Below are positions 9,179-18,582 of a stretch of DNA of 64,000 bases, piece by piece. This DNA is from a virus, in the IMG/VR virus record IMGVR_UViG_3300031787_000078, positions 1,581 through 65,580 of that record; one strand, given 5' to 3'. The notes under the pieces are model-generated. The model ran no database searches. It had not been told where the DNA came from and saw only the letters and a program-made list of their open reading frames with translations. The translations under genes were made by a program, and so were the position numbers. Numbering within the stretch: the stretch's first letter is position 1; each line of letters starts with the position of its first letter.

Positions 9179-10119
9179 AAATAGTAGTAACAGGAGGGGC
9201 GGGTTTTATAGGTTCCGCATTTATAAATCACCTATTAGATAACTTTGATTGTGATGTTCTTTGTGTAGATAAATTGACTTATGCAGGTAAAAAAGAAAAT
9301 ATCAAACACAATGTTTCATTTCTACAAAAAGACATTTGTGATGTAACCGATAATGATCTTGGTGATTTTGATTATATAGTTCATTTTGCTGCCGAATCTC
9401 ACGTTGATAACTCAATTAAAAATGGTTTACCTTTTGTTAGAACTAATGTGGAGGGGACCTTTAATCTTTTAGAGATTTCAAGAAAAAATAAGAACTTGAA
9501 AAAATTTATTCATATCTCAACTGACGAGGTTTATGGTGATATGGATGATCATTTTGCGATAAATCATACTGCAACAGAGGATGATAATATTAAACCAAGT
9601 TCATATTATTCATCAACTAAGGCGGCTTCTGATATGTTAGTATTTTCGGCAAATAGAACATATGGTTTACCGTACTTAATTACAAGAACTTGTAATAATT
9701 TTGGAGAACATCAATTTGAGGAAAAATTTCTCCCAACGATTACACGATCAATTAATAAAGGTAAATCGATACCGGTTTATGGTGATGGAAAACAAATTAG
9801 AGAGTGGATGTATGTTTATGACAACGTTAAAGTCATATGTGATCTTATGTTTGACGATGAGGTCATAAACCAAGTTTTTAACATTGGAACTCGATTCAGA
9901 GTAACTAATTTAGATATTATAAATCAAATTGGAGTTATATTAAATAAAAAAGTTAAAATAAAACACGTTGAAGATAGATTGGGGCATGATAAAAAATATG
10001 GTCTTAATTCATCAAAAATGGAAAATTATTATAGACAAAAACACGGACAATTTCCTAATTTTTTAAATTTATTTGATTATCTAAAAAAAATGTATGGATA
10101 TGAAATGGGACAGAAATGA
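9175..10119 (+). CDS. NAD-dependent epimerase/dehydratase, dTDP-glucose 4,6-dehydratase (RmlB)-like
   Basis: N-terminal Rossmann motif VTGGAGFIGS, catalytic YxxxK (YYSSTKAASD), DKLTYAG segment typical of RmlB-type enzymes. Confidence 0.75.
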   Translation: MKIVVTGGAGFIGSAFINHLLDNFDCDVLCVDKLTYAGKKENIKHNVSFLQKDICDVTDNDLGDFDYIVHFAAESHVDNSIKNGLPFVRTNVEGTFNLLEISRKNKNLKKFIHISTDEVYGDMDDHFAINHTATEDDNIKPSSYYSSTKAASDMLVFSANRTYGLPYLITRTCNNFGEHQFEEKFLPTITRSINKGKSIPVYGDGKQIREWMYVYDNVKVICDLMFDDEVINQVFNIGTRFRVTNLDIINQIGVILNKKVKIKHVEDRLGHDKKYGLNSSKMENYYRQKHGQFPNFLNLFDYLKKMYGYEMGQK

Positions 10120-10252
10120 ATGGCAAGGAAGATCTAAAGAGCAGGTTGATCGTAATAATAAAGTATTTGGAATGGCTATGATAGGGATTTCAATTATTAC
10201 TACTGGACTTTTAATTATTTATTTACTATTATTATAAAAAAAACAAAAAAAA

Positions 10253-11098
10253 ATGATTGAAACAGGAAAAATTTTAAATGGTGATTGTGTTGAAATAATG
10301 AAAACACTACCCGAAGGAACAGTAGATTTAATTGTAACATCACCACCCTATGGTGTTGGTATTGATTATGACGTTCACGAAGATGATGTGGAATTTGACG
10401 AATATATTGAGTTCGCAAAAAATTGGTTAACTGAATCATATAGATTATTAAAAGATGATGGAAGAATTGCTTTGAATATTCCTTATGAAATTAATAGACA
10501 AAAGAAAGGTGGTCGAATATTTTTTGTTTCTGAGATGTGGCAAATTATGAAAGAAATTGGTTACGGATTTTTTGGTATTGTGGATCTTGAAGAAGATTCT
10601 CCACACAGGAGTAAAACAACAGCATGGGGATCTTGGATGAGTCCATCAAGCCCTTACATTTACAACCCTAAGGAATGTGTCATTTTGGCTTATAAAAAAC
10701 AGCACATCAAAAAAATAAAAGGAGAACCACAATGGGTTGGAGTACCAACAGATGTTGAACAAGAGGATGGTAGTTCAAAGAAAAAAGTAGTTTATGAGGA
10801 GACGGATAAGAAAGAATTTATGGAGCTTGTTTTTGGTCAGTGGAATTATTTTGCAGATACAAAATCACTCACCAAGGCGACCTTCTCAATGGATATACCA
10901 ACGAAGGCAATTAAGATATTATCCTACAAAAACGATGTAGTATTAGATCCATTTGCAGGATCTGGAACCACATTAGTTGCTGCGGAGATATTAAATCGTA
11001 GATGGTTAGGTATTGAATTAAGTCCTAATTATATGAAAATTGCGGAAGATAGAGTTAAACCTTTTGTTGAACAAAAATCACTCTTTAATCAAAATTGA
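10253..11098 (+). CDS. DNA methyltransferase (N4-C/N6-A beta class; SPPY motif suggests N4-cytosine)
   Basis: Motif IV LIVTSPPYGVG near the N-terminus and motif I DPFAGSGTT near the C-terminus, the beta-class order. Confidence 0.85.
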   Translation: MIETGKILNGDCVEIMKTLPEGTVDLIVTSPPYGVGIDYDVHEDDVEFDEYIEFAKNWLTESYRLLKDDGRIALNIPYEINRQKKGGRIFFVSEMWQIMKEIGYGFFGIVDLEEDSPHRSKTTAWGSWMSPSSPYIYNPKECVILAYKKQHIKKIKGEPQWVGVPTDVEQEDGSSKKKVVYEETDKKEFMELVFGQWNYFADTKSLTKATFSMDIPTKAIKILSYKNDVVLDPFAGSGTTLVAAEILNRRWLGIELSPNYMKIAEDRVKPFVEQKSLFNQN

Positions 11099-11434
11099 AT
11101 CTCCTTCGGTGATATCGTATTTAATACAATCACCACCATTGATCTCTAAGATCATATCACCAACACCTTCATAGTGGGGACATTTCGTATCGTCTTGTTC
11201 CCTACATGGAGGACAGTCACTGTAAATTTTTTGAATTTTACCGTCTGATATATAAATGATATCCAAAGAGATTAAACAATCCTTCATCCAAAAGGAATGG
11301 TACCCTTCGTTCATTATGAATAACATTCCGTTAAAAGTATCGTCAAATTTTTTACCTTTCATTCCTTCTTGAATGTCTTTATCTGTAATTGCAGATTTGA
11401 CATTAAAGAGATTATTGTTTATTATTATTTCCAT
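11078..11434 (-). CDS. DUF192 (COG1430) family protein
   Basis: GMLFIM…FWMKDCLISLDIIYISDG…ILEINGG matches the DUF192 pattern; start set at the first ATG (MEIIINN) because the track start is TTG; minus strand. Confidence 0.6.
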   Translation of the reverse strand: MEIIINNNLFNVKSAITDKDIQEGMKGKKFDDTFNGMLFIMNEGYHSFWMKDCLISLDIIYISDGKIQKIYSDCPPCREQDDTKCPHYEGVGDMILEINGGDCIKYDITEGDSILIKE

Positions 11435-11453
11435 ATTTATAAATATAGAAGGT

Positions 11454-11873
11454 ATGAAGAAAAACAAAAGATTTTCCGGTATATTGGTTAAATGTAATGA
11501 TAAGGTATTGTTATGTAAAAGAAGTAATGATAATACTTTACCTGGAGTTTGGTCAATACCCGGTGGAGGGATAGAAGAAGGGGAAAGTCCTGAAGAGGCG
11601 GCTCGTAGAGAGTTTTATGAGGAAACAAATCTTAAAGTTAATGGTAATTTAGATTTAGTTGGGTTTATTGATCGTTTTAATAAAGATGGAACCTATTTAA
11701 AAGGATTTATGTATGTATATTCTTTAGAGGTTGATGAGGAGATCTATCCTGATTTAGAAAATGCCAAAGATGGTGGTGAACATAGTGAATGTGGTTATTT
11801 TAGTATTGATAATTTACCTTTAGACAAAAAAAATGATGAATTTTACAAAATTATTGTAAAAAATTTAAAATAA
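11454..11873 (+). CDS. Nudix hydrolase (MutT-like)
   Basis: Nudix box GGGIEEGESPEEAARREFYEETNL. Start set at ATG 11454 (MKKNKRF…), 19 nt from the divergent DUF192 start. Confidence 0.85.
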   Translation: MKKNKRFSGILVKCNDKVLLCKRSNDNTLPGVWSIPGGGIEEGESPEEAARREFYEETNLKVNGNLDLVGFIDRFNKDGTYLKGFMYVYSLEVDEEIYPDLENAKDGGEHSECGYFSIDNLPLDKKNDEFYKIIVKNLK

Positions 11874-11964
11874 AATTGAATTTTGGTAAACAATAATATA
11901 TTTATATCATACAAAAAACAACCAAAATCCCCCTTCTCAGTTATTTAATGGTTAATCAAAACAT

Positions 11965-12005
11965 AATCCCATAATTTTTTTAAAAAAAAGTTGTGGGATT
12001 TTTTG
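11965..12005 (+). terminator. rho-independent terminator
   Basis: About 10-bp stem (AATCCCATAA / TTGTGGGATT) with a T7A8 loop that can extend the helix, followed by TTTTT. Confidence 0.45.
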
Positions 12006-12011
12006 TTTTTG

Positions 12012-12042
12012 TTTGGCAGTTTAAAAAAAAGCATTACCTTTG
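12012..12042 (+). promoter_or_regulatory. Bacteroidetes-type promoter (-33 TTTG, 19-nt spacer, -7 TACCTTTG)
   Basis: TTTG at 12012-12015 and TAnnTTTG at 12035-12042; ATG at 12069. Confidence 0.45.
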
Positions 12043-12068
12043 TATTGTAATTAAAAACATAAACAGTT

Positions 12069-12527
12069 ATGACAACTACAAAAACCAACACAATTATCTC
12101 AGTTAATGAAGGAACAATGTCAGGTGACGTATTCTATGGATCCTTTAAAACAATCGTTAAAAATAAGGTAACTACGGTCCAAGTGTCCAATCACCTTAAA
12201 GATATTAATAAAGAATATGAATTCCGTATAGCGGGAAAATGTAGAGCGGGTTTTATTAATATTCACGACACTAAAGGGACACCTTCTAGTGTTATTCGTG
12301 GATATAAAAAAAACGTATTGATTAACATCCAAATGAAAAATGAGTTTGGTCATTGGATGAATGTTTATACAACTAAAGGTGGTAAATGGTATTCCATAGA
12401 CAAAGGATTTTTGGATGTGTTGACAGTAGGAACAATGAGAGAATCATTTCCTGATATGTGTGATATGAATATTTGGACCCGAATGGGAGCAAAAACTTGG
12501 GCTGATAAAGCGTTTACTCAAAATTAA
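12069..12527 (+). CDS. hypothetical protein
   Basis: 152-aa ATG ORF behind its own promoter-like element. Confidence 0.5.
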   Translation: MTTTKTNTIISVNEGTMSGDVFYGSFKTIVKNKVTTVQVSNHLKDINKEYEFRIAGKCRAGFINIHDTKGTPSSVIRGYKKNVLINIQMKNEFGHWMNVYTTKGGKWYSIDKGFLDVLTVGTMRESFPDMCDMNIWTRMGAKTWADKAFTQN

Positions 12528-12568
12528 TTAATCTTCCCCCCTTAATTGGGGGGATAAAATTTTTAAAT

Positions 12569-12898
12569 ATGGGATCTTACATATACACATACAAGAAAAA
12601 ATTAGATAAGAAGGCAACTCTTGATGGACAAGAAGTTATTGTTGGAGAAGCGACTTTCTTATGTAAACAAGATTGGTCTGGTAATTACACACCAACAGAA
12701 AAACGAGAAATGACAAGAGCGAGTTGTTTGGTTGATCACGATCAACCTGATTATATCACATTTGGTGAAGAAGTTTATAAAAATAATAAACGTGGTCTTT
12801 GGAGTGATGGTAGTGGTTTTTGGTCAGGAATTGATTACAAAAACGACTATGTTGGTAAGTTGGAAAAGCAAGGTAAAAAATATATAATAACAAAATAA
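12569..12898 (+). CDS. hypothetical protein
   Basis: 109-aa ORF. Confidence 0.45.
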   Translation: MGSYIYTYKKKLDKKATLDGQEVIVGEATFLCKQDWSGNYTPTEKREMTRASCLVDHDQPDYITFGEEVYKNNKRGLWSDGSGFWSGIDYKNDYVGKLEKQGKKYIITK

Positions 12899-12899
12899 T

Positions 12900-13355
12900 A
12901 TGGGAAGCGTAATTGATTATTTAGAATGTCCAAATTGCAAACAAGAGGCATTTTCTGATTTTTATTATAAAACAGGTGAAGAATATGTGATCTGTAATAA
13001 TTGTGGATTCCATCATTCACAGGTTTGGAAAAGAGATAGTGATGGTAAATTTTTAACTAAAGATGGTTCTGAAAATTATGATTTTGAAAATTTAATTTGG
13101 GATACCAATACGTTAGAAAATCCATACGGTTCATATAGAATAAAAGTTTATCATTCACCGGCAACACAATGTGGATCATTAGAAAATGAGGATCAATATA
13201 ATGAACTTAAACAAAGTATTCAAGAAGATGTTGAAATTGAGTTTTGTTCGGTTTCAAGATTTATTGATGGTGAAATAAAAGTTGAAGTTTTAATTGATAA
13301 TGGACCACAAATTGATTCATCAGGATTTACACACGAAGATAATTTTCTATTATAA
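12900..13355 (+). CDS. hypothetical protein with N-terminal zinc ribbon
   Basis: CPNCKQE…CNNCGFHH (CxxC-x17-CxxC). Confidence 0.45.
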   Translation: MGSVIDYLECPNCKQEAFSDFYYKTGEEYVICNNCGFHHSQVWKRDSDGKFLTKDGSENYDFENLIWDTNTLENPYGSYRIKVYHSPATQCGSLENEDQYNELKQSIQEDVEIEFCSVSRFIDGEIKVEVLIDNGPQIDSSGFTHEDNFLL

Positions 13356-13358
13356 AAA

Positions 13359-13389
13359 TTTGTTATATTAAAATAGTTTACTATCTTTG
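13359..13389 (+). promoter_or_regulatory. Bacteroidetes-type promoter (-33 TTTG, 19-nt spacer, -7 TATCTTTG)
   Basis: TTTG at 13359-13362 and TATCTTTG at 13382-13389; ATG 16 nt downstream at 13406. Confidence 0.45.
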
Positions 13390-13405
13390 TCTAAAATTAT
13401 AGAAT

Positions 13406-13690
13406 ATGTCAAAGCCAACAATTACAGGATATACGTTAAAAGTCATCAATGAGAATATGGGAGTGCTGATTGATGAGACGTTTATGGATCAGATTCAATT
13501 CAAATTATTCGTTAAGATGATTCACGGGGCGATTGAATTGGGTCATAACTTAAGTTTTTATAATGGTAATACATTTTTGGTTCACATCCCAAATAAAATA
13601 TTAGTTAACTCGGTAATTATTAGTAACGAAAGTGATATTTTAATGACTGAACAAATTAAAAGTAAAATTGAATCGTTAGTAACAAAATAA
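13406..13690 (+). CDS. hypothetical protein
   Basis: 94-aa ORF. Confidence 0.45.
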   Translation: MSKPTITGYTLKVINENMGVLIDETFMDQIQFKLFVKMIHGAIELGHNLSFYNGNTFLVHIPNKILVNSVIISNESDILMTEQIKSKIESLVTK

Positions 13691-13693
13691 ATT

Positions 13694-14143
13694 ATGAAAA
13701 GAATATTTTTTTTATTAGTATTAGTGTTAGGAATGATATCCTGTGAGAAACAAGTAATTGAACCAGGAGTGTATCAACCACCAGTTCCCACTAATCCAAA
13801 TCCACAGGATAGTACATATTCTTTGGCGGGACAAACTTGGGTAATTAAACAATATCGTATTGGTGAAATGGGATTACCATCTGAAATGCTTCCACCTGAC
13901 ACTATCAAGTTTATTACAAAGAGTGTATATAAGTATAATTCAATTGGTCCATATAACTATGGGTTTAATTCAGTCGGGACTGTATATTCTTTAACTTTGA
14001 ATTACACAATCTTTGGATATTTGACTGGTAATGTGAATAAGGTCAATTTAGAAATGGGATATATAATCGGAGGAAAATTTACGGATATTTCAATAGGTGT
14101 GGTTAATCCTCCGAACTACTACCTTTGGATTGAAAGATTATAA
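13694..14143 (+). CDS. putative lipoprotein
   Basis: N-terminal signal with lipobox-like LGMISC (MKRIFFLLVLVLGMISC). Confidence 0.5.
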   Translation: MKRIFFLLVLVLGMISCEKQVIEPGVYQPPVPTNPNPQDSTYSLAGQTWVIKQYRIGEMGLPSEMLPPDTIKFITKSVYKYNSIGPYNYGFNSVGTVYSLTLNYTIFGYLTGNVNKVNLEMGYIIGGKFTDISIGVVNPPNYYLWIERL

Positions 14144-14145
14144 AC

Positions 14146-14625
14146 ATGGGAACAAATTTTTATAGAATACCATCTGTTAATGAGTTAGAAACAAGACGTA
14201 ATCGTCTTATGGCTAGAGTTAGACGAATGGAGTTATCTCCATCATCGGTTAATAGTAATTTTGCGATAGAAAACCCAGAAGTATTTGAGGATTGGACACC
14301 TTGGGATGAGTTTAGTGATAGTGTAAAGGTTCATTTAGGTAAACGTAGTATGGGGTGGAAGTTCCTTTGGAATTTTAATGATGATAAGTATTTTAAGGAT
14401 AAAGAATCTCTATTTAAATTCATTAGATCAGGACGTATTGTGGATGAATACGGAAATGAGATGAATCAGGAAAAATTCATTGATATGGCTCTTTCTTGGG
14501 GTAAGGAAGATGGTTATGATATTGAGTCATACAGTTTGGAATATCCTGAACGTAGAACTTATTGGAGTAAACCTGAACGTTGTGTGGATGGATTAAGAAT
14601 ATCGGATTCAACAAACTTTAGTTAA
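14146..14625 (+). CDS. hypothetical protein
   Basis: 159-aa ORF. Confidence 0.45.
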   Translation: MGTNFYRIPSVNELETRRNRLMARVRRMELSPSSVNSNFAIENPEVFEDWTPWDEFSDSVKVHLGKRSMGWKFLWNFNDDKYFKDKESLFKFIRSGRIVDEYGNEMNQEKFIDMALSWGKEDGYDIESYSLEYPERRTYWSKPERCVDGLRISDSTNFS

Positions 14626-14629
14626 TTTT

Positions 14630-14712
14630 CCTTGTTTAGTAAAACAAGGTGGTGGAGTCGGACAATTCATTGTCGACCTTTAAAGGGAGGGGTTAACCTT
14701 CCCTTTTTTTAT
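14630..14712. terminator. convergent intergenic region with several hairpins (bidirectional termination)
   Basis: Perfect hairpin CCTTGTTT-AGTA-AAACAAGG (14630-14649), imperfect GTCGGACAA/TTGTCGAC hairpin, and AAGGGA…TCCCTT followed by TTTTTTT. Sits between the convergent + gene (ends 14625) and the minus-strand sigma gene (ends 14693). Confidence 0.5.
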
Positions 14713-15253
14713 TTAACTTTTCCAAATAAGATTTAACGTTGGCTTTTGCTTTAAATAAATTTGATTTTGATGTACCATCGCTAATTCCTAATTCATCTGC
14801 AATTTCTTGGTGAGACATATCTTCAAAATAATACATATTAAAAATTCTTTTATATGATGGTGATAAAGTTTCCATAGCATCTTTAATATCGGACATAGAA
14901 AACATAGGTTCTTCATTTGGCATATCCTCAAGACCTAAATCTTCACGACCGAAATCAACATCTTTTCTTTTTGGAGATCTTTTTTCTTTTCTTAATTCAT
15001 CAATAATTGTATTTTTTATAATACGTTGAATCCAACCTTCAAGGCTACCTGAACCGTCATACATTCCCATTTTTTGGTGAACCTTTATAAAACCTAATTG
15101 ACAAAAATCATTTGCTTTTTCTTTGTCTCCGTTTGCATATCTTAAACAAATCTGTCTAAATATTTTTGGGTATAACCTTTTATATTCAAGATCAAAATTA
15201 AATCCTTCACTTATTAAGTGTTCATATTGTGACTCAGTTAAAATGATTTTCAT
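14693..15253 (-). CDS. sigma-70 family (ECF-like) RNA polymerase sigma factor
   Basis: Region 2 segment (…FIKVHQKMGMYDGSGSLEGWIQRIIKNTIIDELR) and classic region-4 HTH (FEDMSHQEIADELGISDGTSKSNLFKAKANV). Start trimmed to the first ATG (MKIILTESQ…) at 15253; the track start 15355 is upstream in frame. Confidence 0.85.
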   Translation of the reverse strand: MKIILTESQYEHLISEGFNFDLEYKRLYPKIFRQICLRYANGDKEKANDFCQLGFIKVHQKMGMYDGSGSLEGWIQRIIKNTIIDELRKEKRSPKRKDVDFGREDLGLEDMPNEEPMFSMSDIKDAMETLSPSYKRIFNMYYFEDMSHQEIADELGISDGTSKSNLFKAKANVKSYLEKLNKKREG

Positions 15254-15288
15254 AACAATAAATAGTTGTTTATTGAAAAAAAAATTCA

Positions 15289-15296
15289 TATCTTTG
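15289..15296 (+). promoter_or_regulatory. TATCTTTG -7-like element
   Basis: Exact octamer only 4 nt before the ATG at 15301, which implies a leaderless or near-leaderless transcript. Confidence 0.35.
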
Positions 15297-15300
15297 TGAT

Positions 15301-15702
15301 ATGGAAAAAATATTGTATATAGTTCGTGGAATTCCGGGATCTGGTAAATCCACATTTGCTAAATCTTTAGGTGGTACTCATTTTGAAACTGATATGTTTT
15401 TTATGAAAGATGGGGAATATAAATTTGATATATCTAAAATTAAAGAAGCCCATAAATGGTGTCAAGATAGTGTTTATACTGCAATGTTATTAAATCATAC
15501 TGCGTTATTAAATAATGTAATTGTTGTTTCAAACACATTCACTCAAGAATGGGAAATGAAACCATATTTTGAAATGGCGGAATATTTTGAATATAAAGTT
15601 TTTTCCATAGTTGTGGAAAATAGACACGGAGGTGTTAACAAACACAATGTACCCGAAGAAACATTAACCTCGATGAGAAATCGTTTTGAAATAAATTTGT
15701 AG
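15301..15702 (+). CDS. P-loop kinase, polynucleotide-kinase (Pnk)-like kinase domain
   Basis: Walker A GIPGSGKST at residues 10-18 and small size (133 aa), resembling the T4 Pnk N-terminal kinase (GCPGSGKST). Confidence 0.55.
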   Translation: MEKILYIVRGIPGSGKSTFAKSLGGTHFETDMFFMKDGEYKFDISKIKEAHKWCQDSVYTAMLLNHTALLNNVIVVSNTFTQEWEMKPYFEMAEYFEYKVFSIVVENRHGGVNKHNVPEETLTSMRNRFEINL

Positions 15703-15704
15703 TT

Positions 15705-16613
15705 ATGAGTAGATTAGATAGATTAAAAGAACAACATCCTGAATTAAACATTACCATTATAGATCTTATTGGTATGATAGATCCTACCGATACGTATAAA
15801 TATTCTGAGTTTTTAATTAAAAAATTAAAAACGTGGTATGATAATATTGACATACGATATGGTATTGGGGTTGATTTTTTTGGTGAAGAAAATGTTGAAA
15901 CTTTAAATGAGTTTGAAATACATTGTAAGGCAAAAAGAATTGAGAAAAACGATATTAGTCAACATACCGACTTTAGGACTTTAAAAAATGAGGTTAATAA
16001 GGCTAAAGAAATTGTCAGATTAAAAGAGTTGGAAAAACAAACCAAAAAATTACTTGAATATGGGGAATGGTTAGTTATGATACCATTAAGTTATGAGGCG
16101 GCAAAGTTATATGGTGCAAATACTAAATGGTGTATAACTGAAGAAAAATATTGGAATAACTATGTTGAGAATTATAAAATTATTTATGTGATCAATAGAA
16201 GTACGGATGTTAAATATGCGATCTCTAGAGATAAAACGGATAATAAAGATTTAAAGGCGTGGTTGTCTGATGATAGTGAGACAAGTCCATTATTATTAAA
16301 TATACCTCAGGAAATATGGTCAGTGGTAATACCTGAATTACAAAAAGAAGAATCAATATGGGATTTACTACCGGATAATAATAAGATTATCCCACATAAT
16401 TTGGGTTCGGATAACATTCTTGATAGAGTGAGAAATTTATTAAACAGCAATAGTACGGGTCCACTAAATTTGACCGGAGGTTATATGGGTTACATAAATA
16501 CTGATTCCCATAATGATGTATATAGAACTTACAGTTCTCCCGATTATGTTGATTTTGAAAAGTATCTAAGAGAATATATGTATACGTCAGATGAATCAAT
16601 TGATTTACCTTAA
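15705..16613 (+). CDS. hypothetical protein, KYGAxTKWC family paralog A
   Basis: Shares PLSYEAAKLYGANTKWCITE…YVINR and an N-terminal DPTDTYKYSEFLIKKL block with the ORFs at 22205 and 30420. Confidence 0.5.
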   Translation: MSRLDRLKEQHPELNITIIDLIGMIDPTDTYKYSEFLIKKLKTWYDNIDIRYGIGVDFFGEENVETLNEFEIHCKAKRIEKNDISQHTDFRTLKNEVNKAKEIVRLKELEKQTKKLLEYGEWLVMIPLSYEAAKLYGANTKWCITEEKYWNNYVENYKIIYVINRSTDVKYAISRDKTDNKDLKAWLSDDSETSPLLLNIPQEIWSVVIPELQKEESIWDLLPDNNKIIPHNLGSDNILDRVRNLLNSNSTGPLNLTGGYMGYINTDSHNDVYRTYSSPDYVDFEKYLREYMYTSDESIDLP

Positions 16614-16624
16614 ATAAAAAGAAT

Positions 16625-17278
16625 ATGAAATTTGATAAAATATTAACAACAGGTAGAGTGTGGGTTACATCGGATCCGCATTATAACCATAAAAATATTT
16701 GTAGAGGTGTAACAAATTGGAGAACCCAAGATGGTGAGATTCCTCTTAATAATACAAGAGATTTTCATACAATAGATCTAATGAATAATGTTTTAGTGGA
16801 TAACATAAATTCAAAAGTTGGACAAAACGACACATTAATTATGTTGGGTGATGTTGCATTCGGTGGTTTTGAAAGTATTAGGATTTTCTTGGATCGATTG
16901 GTGTGTAAGAATATTCATTTAGTGATGGGTAATCATGATCAACATATAAGAAATAATAGAGAAAACATAAGAGATATGTTTTTATCTGTAAGTGATTACC
17001 TCCAAGTCCACATAGATGGTGCTGATTTTGTTATGACACATTATCCGTTTGAAAGTTGGAATGGTCTTAATAAAGGTGTTATACATCTTCATGGTCACGT
17101 TCACTTACCTGCAAGTAGAAAATGGGGTAAGGGTAAAAGATTAGATGTTGGCGTTGATGGTAACAATCTATATCCATATAGTATAACTGAAATTGTACAT
17201 ATGATGGATAAAAGAAAAATTGTTCCTGAAATGGAAGGTGATCACCATTTAGATGATTTAGTTGGGGTTATTGGATAA
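16625..17278 (+). CDS. calcineurin-like metallophosphoesterase
   Basis: Motifs VTSDPHYNH, LGDVAFGG, GNHD, HGHVH. Confidence 0.8.
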   Translation: MKFDKILTTGRVWVTSDPHYNHKNICRGVTNWRTQDGEIPLNNTRDFHTIDLMNNVLVDNINSKVGQNDTLIMLGDVAFGGFESIRIFLDRLVCKNIHLVMGNHDQHIRNNRENIRDMFLSVSDYLQVHIDGADFVMTHYPFESWNGLNKGVIHLHGHVHLPASRKWGKGKRLDVGVDGNNLYPYSITEIVHMMDKRKIVPEMEGDHHLDDLVGVIG

Positions 17279-17305
17279 TTTAATAACCCCAATATATTTA
17301 TTAAT

Positions 17306-18547
17306 ATGAAAATTATTATAACAGAAAGTCAGTGTAAAATTATTAATGAAGCGTTAGGTGTTCCTGATAACATTCTTGATGCTGCCGAAAAATTATTTGA
17401 GATAGTATCTAAAGATATTCAATCAATTAATACCAAACAAGAAGAATATAATTTTGATGGTGATTTAGACATTGAGTTAGGTTATAATAAAAAAATAGTT
17501 ATTGATCATTATGAATTAACAGTTAACGTAAAAGAATTTGATGAATATGATGGTGAACCAGATATTTTATCGATGGGGATGGCTCAGACATTTATGTTTG
17601 ATAGAAAAATTATGATGAAGAAAATTAAACCATCAACGAATGCTTCTTTATCAATAACATATGCGGTATCATCATCTTGGGAACCTAATCAGTTGTACGA
17701 AACTTTAATGAGAGAAAAAAATGAGCATATAGCTTCATTGGCTCACGAAATAAAACATAAGTACGATAAGCAGGCGAAACAAATTGATTTAATTGGTCGG
17801 GATGTAAAATATACTGCAACACAAAAAATCTCAACGTTTGGGATACCTGTAATAGATCAAAAGTTTTTCAGGTATATGTATTATATTTCTATTGCGGAAA
17901 ATTTAGTGAGACCAACTGAAATTGCTTCTAAACTTAAAAGTGAAAATATTACAAAATCTCAGTTTAGAGAATTTTTAGAAAACAATAGAGTTTATAAAGA
18001 ATTAGTTGAAATAAAAAATTTCACATATGAAAAACTTATTGAAGGTTTATATGAAAGGATGGACAGAGTAGATGCATTACTTGATCATATTGGAGAAGAT
18101 ACGGATGAAATGACAGATCAAGAAAAAATTAAAAGAGTATTAGAGCTTGTGTTTGTCAATCTTGCAAATATAAAGGTAGAGACATTTGACAAAATGGTTA
18201 GTAATAAGGTAGATATGTTAAAAGACCTTTTCAAACAAATGATGGGTCACGTACCTTCATTTATGAAAGATGATGACGATGAAGAAAATGTTGACAAAGT
18301 GAGAAGAAAAATTATAAATAGTATTATTAAATATGAGAATGACCCTTTAAAATTTTTTCAGGATGAATGTGAAAAATATAATTACATTGCAACAAAAATG
18401 TTGAAAAAAATTGGTAAACTTTATGCTATGGCAAAAGATGATGATCCGGTTAATGAATCCATAATTAATTGGGAACTTCATCAGAAGTTAATGGAAAAAA
18501 AATACGGAAAAAGACCAATACTTACAAAATTTTCTTTTTTAAAGTAA
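17306..18547 (+). CDS. hypothetical protein
   Basis: 413-aa ORF; N-terminus MKIIITESQ resembles that of the ORF at 56256. Confidence 0.5.
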   Translation: MKIIITESQCKIINEALGVPDNILDAAEKLFEIVSKDIQSINTKQEEYNFDGDLDIELGYNKKIVIDHYELTVNVKEFDEYDGEPDILSMGMAQTFMFDRKIMMKKIKPSTNASLSITYAVSSSWEPNQLYETLMREKNEHIASLAHEIKHKYDKQAKQIDLIGRDVKYTATQKISTFGIPVIDQKFFRYMYYISIAENLVRPTEIASKLKSENITKSQFREFLENNRVYKELVEIKNFTYEKLIEGLYERMDRVDALLDHIGEDTDEMTDQEKIKRVLELVFVNLANIKVETFDKMVSNKVDMLKDLFKQMMGHVPSFMKDDDDEENVDKVRRKIINSIIKYENDPLKFFQDECEKYNYIATKMLKKIGKLYAMAKDDDPVNESIINWELHQKLMEKKYGKRPILTKFSFLK

Positions 18548-18567
18548 ATTAATCAAAATTTTTTTAT

Positions 18568-18575
18568 TATCTTTG
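18568..18575 (+). promoter_or_regulatory. TATCTTTG -7-like element
   Basis: Exact octamer 7 nt before the ATG at 18583. Confidence 0.35.
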
Positions 18576-18582
18576 TTCTTAT

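Noticed and set aside
11874-12068. Possible tRNA in the 195-nt gap (and in other gaps at 19835-19935, 23758-23857)
   Set aside because: Could not find a convincing cloverleaf (acceptor stem plus T-arm GTTCRANYC) by eye. The gaps are better explained by terminator hairpins, promoter elements and tiny ORFs. Needs tRNAscan-SE to settle.
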